Of a DNA stretch of 20,000 bases, positions 15,904-20,000 are shown one piece after another. Position 1 is the stretch's first letter. The number at the start of each line of letters is the position of its first letter. A model generated the notes under the pieces. The model saw only the letters and a list, made by a program, of their open reading frames with translations. It was not told where the DNA came from and ran no database searches. The translations under genes and the position numbers were made by a program. Origin of the DNA: an uncultured virus (IMG/VR IMGVR_UViG_3300046517_001279) (lineage: Duplodnaviria > Heunggongvirae > Uroviricota > Caudoviricetes); the IMG/VR virus record IMGVR_UViG_3300046517_001279; one strand, written 5' to 3'.

Positions 15904-16020
15904 GTTGAGGATTCCTAAATAGCCATCCGGCCTTTGGAGTGGTGGGCGGTCCCGCCCGGCGCGCCAGGTTTGCGTCCGCATCCCCGGTAAATTGCCCGCA
16001 TCATATCAAATCTTACGGCG

Positions 16021-17019
16021 TCAAGAGTATTTTTCTCTTAGTTGTGCCAACGAAAGTTGCTTTCCCGTTCCCGAAACGAGATCTCGGAGGGTAAAACTGC
16101 CTTTGCGGTAGAGCGCAGCGCGCCCTGGGCCGAGCAGTTCGTCCTGTTCCTCTACTGTTTTCGAGTCGAGCCACTCTTCGGCGGACGGCGGTCGCGGGGC
16201 AGGGTAGCCTGTGAGAATTGGAGTTGTGTGGCAGCGACAACCGAAGTGGTACGCCGGCCCGCCATTGAATGGCAGGCTCGTGTCTCCGAGCGGCTCACCG
16301 CTGCGGTCGTAGGTCGCGCCGTCGTAAGCGAGGCACTGAGTACAAGTCTTCGAATCAAGCGTAGCGACAATCTGAATCCCCTCAGTAACGGCCGAGTTTG
16401 CGAACAGCGTGGCGTTGCGCGTGTCCATCGCGACGCGCTGCACGGCGGTGTGCGTGAGCGTCTCGGCGTTGCGCAGCGCGGCCGGCAGCGGGCCGTGCGC
16501 CGACGCAACCAGATTCGCAATCTGCTCGGCCGTCCACTTCGCCGCGATGCCCGCGCGCACGGTGTGAATCAGCTTCGCGGTCGTGTCGTCGCGCTGCGCC
16601 GCCCACCAGCCGGAAAGCGGCGCGCCGTCGAGGTGCGGCTCGTTGACGGTCAGGCGCGGCGTGCGCATCAGCGTCGCGCCGGCCGCGCTGTTGATCGTAG
16701 AGACGACGAACTGCGCTTCGATCGCCGGCAGGTCGGCGAGGCTGGCGGCGGACTCAGCCGCGACGCGGTTGTAGGTGTCCTCCAGCAGCGACTTCGCCGT
16801 GGCGAGCGTCGTGCTGACGTCGCCCGCGTTGGAAAAGTCCGTCGCGGCCAGCAGCGCCACGATCACCGCTGCCGTGTCGCGCAGCCGCTCGGTCGCGTCG
16901 CTCGTCAGGCTGTCGGCCGTCTGCACGAGCCGGACGCCGTGGTCGACGAAGAGGAGTGCCAGGACCGCTGCGAGGTCTTTTTTGCGGCTGGGCGGTGGGG
17001 TGTCGGTGGGCGTGCTCAT
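16021..17019 (-). CDS. Minor head morphogenesis protein (SPP1 gp7 / Mu gpF-like)
   Basis: Start reassigned to ATG 17019, 1 nt after the portal stop, 332 aa. Motifs VATLDSKTCTQCLAYDG and GPAYHFGCRCH; C-terminal QDELLGPGRAALYRKG. Confidence 0.85.
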   Translation of the reverse strand: MSTPTDTPPPSRKKDLAAVLALLFVDHGVRLVQTADSLTSDATERLRDTAAVIVALLAATDFSNAGDVSTTLATAKSLLEDTYNRVAAESAASLADLPAIEAQFVVSTINSAAGATLMRTPRLTVNEPHLDGAPLSGWWAAQRDDTTAKLIHTVRAGIAAKWTAEQIANLVASAHGPLPAALRNAETLTHTAVQRVAMDTRNATLFANSAVTEGIQIVATLDSKTCTQCLAYDGATYDRSGEPLGDTSLPFNGGPAYHFGCRCHTTPILTGYPAPRPPSAEEWLDSKTVEEQDELLGPGRAALYRKGSFTLRDLVSGTGKQLSLAQLREKYS

Positions 17020-17020
17020 G

Positions 17021-18577
17021 TCAGTCGTTAAGCTGCGCCAGGACCGTGCTGGACGCGACCTTCGGCGTCTGCACCATTCCCGGCTTGAGCATCGTCGGCT
17101 GAGGCAGCGGTTGGGACTTGATCCGCTCCTGCTCCTGTTCCCACGGGCGGTCGGTGTCGTAGACGTTGCGGCGCTGCATTGCCTCGTAGAACGACTGCGG
17201 AGAGAGCAGGCCGCCCGTCGTGATCGAGAACAGCAGCGACTCCTGCACCGCGTCGTCGGCGGCCAGCAGGAAGTCGTCATAGACCTGCATGTTGCCCTTG
17301 AACTGCGGCACCTTCGCCCACTGCGCCATCACGTTCACGACCTGGTCGAGTACGTCTTCGAAGCTGCCGGTGATCGCCTGCAACTCCGATCGCTGCTGGC
17401 TGCTGTCGAGCGTCGCTTGCGTCGCGGTCGCCTGACCCGGCTTCTTCACGAGCAGCTCGGCGCCGAGCAGGCGCATCTGTTCTTCCATCGTGGCGAGCGC
17501 CTGCACAGCGGACGCGATAGCCTTCCCACTGTGCTCGGTGAACTTCGCTTCCGCGCCGGACGGGAGCAGCAGCGCCGACTTGGAGCCGATTTCGAGCGGC
17601 GCTGAGCCCTCGTCGTTCTTTTCGACGCCCGTCACCGTCAGGATCGGCACGCTCGCGGTGTGCAGCACCGAATACATGTCGGAGCCGACCTGCCAGTGCT
17701 GGATGTTGATGTCCGCGATGTCGATCAGGGGCGAGTCGGCCGTCATGAAGCCGGTACGGCGCGCGTAGAACGTGACGAGCGGGATGAAGTTGAGGCTCGT
17801 GTCGCCTTCATCGTGCACCTGCCACTCCATCGCGCCGTCTGCGGGCGCGCCGAGGGTAATGGATGTGCTCACAGGGCCTTTCGGCTTGAGGCGGTAGGTG
17901 GTCCACTTGCCCGGCTCCAGCACGCGCACCTGCTCGACCATCTTCGTGGCGAACGGACCGTCCTCTTCTTCGACGTGCTCCAGAATGCGCACCTGAGTCA
18001 GCACTTCACCGCCGTTCTGGACCGTCGAGCGCCACCCGAGGATCTGGTTGGCCTTCACGTGGATCAGGTAGGGGCGCGCCCCCCGCGCCTTTTCCTCAGC
18101 GACCGTGCGCACGCCGGTCATCACCGGGTGGTCGACGAGAAAGTGCGACAGGCCGTAGGCGAGCGCGAACTTGAACACTTCCTGGCTGAAGACGTGAAAG
18201 CTGCGGCCCGTAAGGTCGACGTTGTCGAACCAGACCGAAACTTCCGGAGACATGTCGCTCGACCAGCCGAGCGGCCGCACGAATGGCTTGCCGCCCAGAC
18301 CGTCGACCGTGTGGCCGAAACAATTGAACAGGGTCGTGGTCTTCAGCCGGTACGCGTAGTCGTTCGGCTCCTCGCGGTTCCACTTGGGCAGGAAGATGCT
18401 CGCAGCCTCGCGCATCTTCTTCGTGCCGCCCAGCAGCGACGTCACCTTCAGCCAGTTGACCATCATGTCCTGCACGGCGCGGCTTGTCTCACGGACATCG
18501 TTCGCATTGCCCTGGACCAGTTGCTGGACTGGCGGCGGGAAGCCTTCAGGGGTGGTCTGCGTGAAGTTGACGGTCAT
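17021..18577 (-). CDS. Portal protein (DUF4055-like)
   Basis: 518 aa, directly after the terminase. Motifs LLGGTKKMREA...FLPK...E..Y.YRL, RPYLIHV...ILGW, IPLVTFY and PLIDIADINIQHWQ. Confidence 0.9.
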   Translation of the reverse strand: MTVNFTQTTPEGFPPPVQQLVQGNANDVRETSRAVQDMMVNWLKVTSLLGGTKKMREAASIFLPKWNREEPNDYAYRLKTTTLFNCFGHTVDGLGGKPFVRPLGWSSDMSPEVSVWFDNVDLTGRSFHVFSQEVFKFALAYGLSHFLVDHPVMTGVRTVAEEKARGARPYLIHVKANQILGWRSTVQNGGEVLTQVRILEHVEEEDGPFATKMVEQVRVLEPGKWTTYRLKPKGPVSTSITLGAPADGAMEWQVHDEGDTSLNFIPLVTFYARRTGFMTADSPLIDIADINIQHWQVGSDMYSVLHTASVPILTVTGVEKNDEGSAPLEIGSKSALLLPSGAEAKFTEHSGKAIASAVQALATMEEQMRLLGAELLVKKPGQATATQATLDSSQQRSELQAITGSFEDVLDQVVNVMAQWAKVPQFKGNMQVYDDFLLAADDAVQESLLFSITTGGLLSPQSFYEAMQRRNVYDTDRPWEQEQERIKSQPLPQPTMLKPGMVQTPKVASSTVLAQLND

Positions 18578-18604
18578 TTTGGAGTCCTAAGCTTTTGGGG
18601 CGAA

Positions 18605-19933
18605 TTATATCGGCAAACCTTGCACTTGCATGACCGCAGTCTTTTTGCTCACACGATATCTGACGGCATCGCCGATATGATCCTCTGAATCCGAGTCTAC
18701 GTCGCCGTCGATCGATGCGTGGCGGGGGAGCGTCGGCAGCGTGCGGATCGTGTGGCGGCAGGTATCGAACACGTACAGGCCCGGCATCTCTCCATCGATC
18801 GCCTGCTTCAGCATCTTGCGGATGACTTCCCATCCGTTGATCCGGCTGCCCGGGCTCTTGTCAGAGCGCGTCCAACGGACATAGTGCGGCGCGCGCGCCA
18901 TGTCGTCAGCGATGCTGGTGCCTTCGAGTACGTTGAAAATTGCGTTATCGGCAGGGCCGGGGTGGACGATTCGGCCCATTGCATTGTCGCGCTCGCGCAC
19001 ACCCCGCGCGATCTCGGCGTTGATCATCCGGATACCTTCGTTCGGTTTGCCGTTTGAGCCGTACCACTCGGAAATGATGAATACGGAGCCGCGAGGGAAC
19101 GTCCGCTCCTCACCGCCTTGCAGCGTTACCGTCGAGCCGTCTGACTCTGCAAACCACAGCGCCGCGAATGGCTTCGTGCTGCCCCAGTCGAATGACCGGT
19201 CGATCCGAAAACCTGGTGGGATGGCAAATGGGCGTAGGACGTGGTGCTTCGGGCTCCACAAGTCGTCCAGCAAGCCGCCAGCTGCGATGTCCCAGTCACC
19301 CGTCGCCATCGCCTTGATCAGCGCAGGGTTGCCGAGACCCATAAGCCGTTTGAGGTACTGTGGGTCATTCTGCATCAGCGTCGGGTTATCCTGGAGGAGC
19401 GCTGGTATCAGTTGCCGCGTCAGACCCCCCTCTTCATCGGACTGCTGAACAATTGCCATCGGCGGCGCAGGATCGACGAACGCGGCGCGAACCCAGTTGT
19501 GTCCGATCGACCCCGGGTTACTGCCGCAGATGATGCGCGGGAAGAGTCCTTTGTACTTTTCGGGGATCTCAGTTGCGCCCAAGCGCAGCCGCCCGCGAAG
19601 GAATCGGTACTGGTCATCGAGAAAATGGGTCAACTCATCCACGAGGAGCAGACCGATCTCAGCTCCTTGATACTTTGCCAGGTCCTTGGAATACTGACAG
19701 CTCGCAAGTTGAATCTTGCTACCATTCCAAAAGGTGATCGTACGCTTTGAATAGTTGATTTTCACATGCCCAGCATCGACCCATTCGGCGAGCATTGACG
19801 GAAAGCCTGAGACGCCCGAAAGGTGGTTCTTGTCGATATCTTCGCTGAGCCTGCGGAACAGATATACCTGGAGATTAGGAATCTCTGCGCAGTAGGTGAT
19901 CGCAGCGACCCGGAGGAAGTGCGATTTTCCGCC
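18605..19933 (-). CDS. terL: Terminase large subunit (5' end missing or disrupted)
   Basis: Partial Walker A GGKSH, Walker B LLLVDELTHF, coupling motif GSNPG, and RNase H-like nuclease motifs SFDWGS and EDHIGDAVRY. Sequence above 19933 does not give the expected Walker A start. Confidence 0.93.
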   Translation of the reverse strand, partial: GGKSHFLRVAAITYCAEIPNLQVYLFRRLSEDIDKNHLSGVSGFPSMLAEWVDAGHVKINYSKRTITFWNGSKIQLASCQYSKDLAKYQGAEIGLLLVDELTHFLDDQYRFLRGRLRLGATEIPEKYKGLFPRIICGSNPGSIGHNWVRAAFVDPAPPMAIVQQSDEEGGLTRQLIPALLQDNPTLMQNDPQYLKRLMGLGNPALIKAMATGDWDIAAGGLLDDLWSPKHHVLRPFAIPPGFRIDRSFDWGSTKPFAALWFAESDGSTVTLQGGEERTFPRGSVFIISEWYGSNGKPNEGIRMINAEIARGVRERDNAMGRIVHPGPADNAIFNVLEGTSIADDMARAPHYVRWTRSDKSPGSRINGWEVIRKMLKQAIDGEMPGLYVFDTCRHTIRTLPTLPRHASIDGDVDSDSEDHIGDAVRYRVSKKTAVMQVQGLPI

Positions 19934-20000
19934 CGTTTGATGGCGGCCTCGGGGGCCCACGCCCCAAAATAAAAGAAGGGCCCCCAGGCCCCCCCCCCCG

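Noticed and set aside
2739..17280. Long N-terminal extensions in the ORF track for K (2924), terminator (10658), head closure (11085), scaffold (15981) and minor head (17280)
   Set aside because: They overlap upstream genes or leaders. Downstream starts with RBS or stop-start coupling fit better.
129..19750. Many long plus-strand ORFs (e.g. 13823-15082, 16042-17031, 17660-18688)
   Set aside because: They are antisense shadows of GC-rich minus-strand genes, Arg-rich with no recognisable motifs; the minus strand is already fully tiled with coherent phage genes.
1..20000. CRISPR array, diversity-generating retroelement, invertible tail-fibre segment, integrase or IS element
   Set aside because: By eye I found no regularly spaced repeats, reverse transcriptase, recombinase or transposase ORF, or long template/variable repeat pair in this window.

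Overview
A continuous virion-morphogenesis module of a GC-rich, long-tailed (siphovirus-type) phage or prophage, encoded entirely on the minus strand. Gene order (right to left): terminase large subunit (5' end disrupted at the window edge), portal, gp7/MuF-like minor head protein, scaffold, P22-coat-like major capsid protein, intrinsic terminator, a free-standing HNH/NUMOD3 endonuclease cassette, two small proteins, head-tail adaptor, two inserted small genes (one with HExxH), head closure, HK97 gp10-like, tail terminator, tail tube, tail assembly chaperone with a -1 frameshift extension, tape measure, and lambda-like tail tip genes M, L, K, I and J (J truncated). The least explained part is the HNH cassette (12.8-13.9 kb). 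It has its own sigma70-like promoter, a compact structured leader whose loop is complementary to the gene's RBS, a palindrome at the predicted start site, and a 12-bp sequence repeated on both sides of the ORF. Also notable are a GGA-hairpin cluster in the scaffold leader, a recurring TAYRATGSG -10 motif in intergenic gaps, and a broken Walker A in the terminase. All family assignments come from motif recognition and synteny; no database search was run.
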